Of a stretch of DNA of 46,417 bases, positions 45,826 through 46,417 are shown one piece after another. Numbering within the stretch: the stretch's first letter is position 1; the number at the start of each line of letters is the position of its first letter. This DNA is from a virus (lineage: Duplodnaviria > Caudoviricetes). The stretch spans positions 1 through 46,417 of IMG/VR virus record IMGVR_UViG_3300030372_002865. One strand, 5' to 3'. The position numbers were made by a program, and so were the translations under genes. Under the pieces are notes generated by a model. It ran no database searches. It had not been told where the DNA came from and worked only from the letters and a program-made list of their open reading frames with translations.

Positions 45826-46056
45826 CTATGATGGCTTTGTTGGGAATGTTACACTAGACATATCTAATGAAGTAATAGGTTCATCTACTATAATTTTAGG
45901 ACTTGCTGTTTTTGTTAAATCTCTTAGAGCCTGTCTATATGTTTTCCACTCAGCTTTTTTACTATCAGAAAGAGGGCTATCTGCCGCTTGTGTCCAATCA
46001 GACTGAGCTAATAAATTATTTCTATGCTGTCGTAATAATGTTAATTCTATACTCAT
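45826..46056 (-). CDS. Phage tail assembly chaperone
   Basis: LR..RN.LL..SDWTQ..D..W..YRQALRDL. Confidence 0.85.
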   Translation of the reverse strand: MSIELTLLRQHRNNLLAQSDWTQAADSPLSDSKKAEWKTYRQALRDLTKTASPKIIVDEPITSLDMSSVTFPTKPS

Positions 46057-46059
46057 GTT

Positions 46060-46416
46060 TTATCCTACTAAAAATCCAGTAAAAAGCGGAGGGTAATTTG
46101 AAGCTAATGTACTAGCATATATGTATCCAGTTGGTACATTAACTCGTACATACTCATTAGCCACAAGTGAAGCTGTACCACTTATTGAAACAGGGTAAAA
46201 AATATCTGCACCAGTACCAAATGTGTAAACTGTAGCAATCATAGTTGGTGAACCAAAACTTGAATCTGTATCTTGCTCAATATATACTTTAACTGCCTCA
46301 CCATCATCCTGACCACTTGCACTACTATCACAAGAAAATGCAGTAAGACTAAAAAAGTAAATTCCTGCTACTGGAGCTTGAAATTTATTTGTACCATCCC
46401 AACAACTTCCTACATT
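46060..46416 (-). CDS. C1q-domain tail protein (5' part outside the window)
   Basis: Frame open to the window edge: NVGSCWD..KFQAPVAGIYFF..FTGFLVG. Confidence 0.75.
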   Translation of the reverse strand, partial: NVGSCWDGTNKFQAPVAGIYFFSLTAFSCDSSASGQDDGEAVKVYIEQDTDSSFGSPTMIATVYTFGTGADIFYPVSISGTASLVANEYVRVNVPTGYIYASTLASNYPPLFTGFLVG

Positions 46417-46417
46417 A

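Overview
This window is about 46 kb of a tailed dsDNA bacteriophage genome with a podovirus-like, marine-type gene set. An alphaproteobacterial host is plausible but only inferred. Portal and major capsid genes are not in the window. Almost all genes are on the minus strand. Left to right: (1) two large polyvalent, effector-like genes, one carrying DUF6884-like and ADP-ribosyltransferase-like domains, next to terL; (2) a motif-rich non-coding gap; (3) an early region of small genes with sigma70-type promoters and a shared GGAAAATAAA ribosome-binding leader; (4) a plus-strand terS + VRR-NUC pair and two origin-like inverted-repeat elements; (5) a replication module (PolA, DUF6378, UvrD-like helicase, AEP primase, SSB-like protein, SNF2 helicase); (6) internal virion/ejection genes, a tail-tube/nozzle-like gene and a long array of short tail-fibre modules. 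The most striking unexplained element is a predicted ~125-nt three-hairpin small RNA (15553-15675, minus strand). Its loops are complementary to the ribosome-binding sites shared by many early genes, and it lies directly behind an unannotated ribbon-helix-helix regulator gene. I saw no tRNA, rRNA, CRISPR array or integrase. Family assignments come from motif recognition, not database searches.
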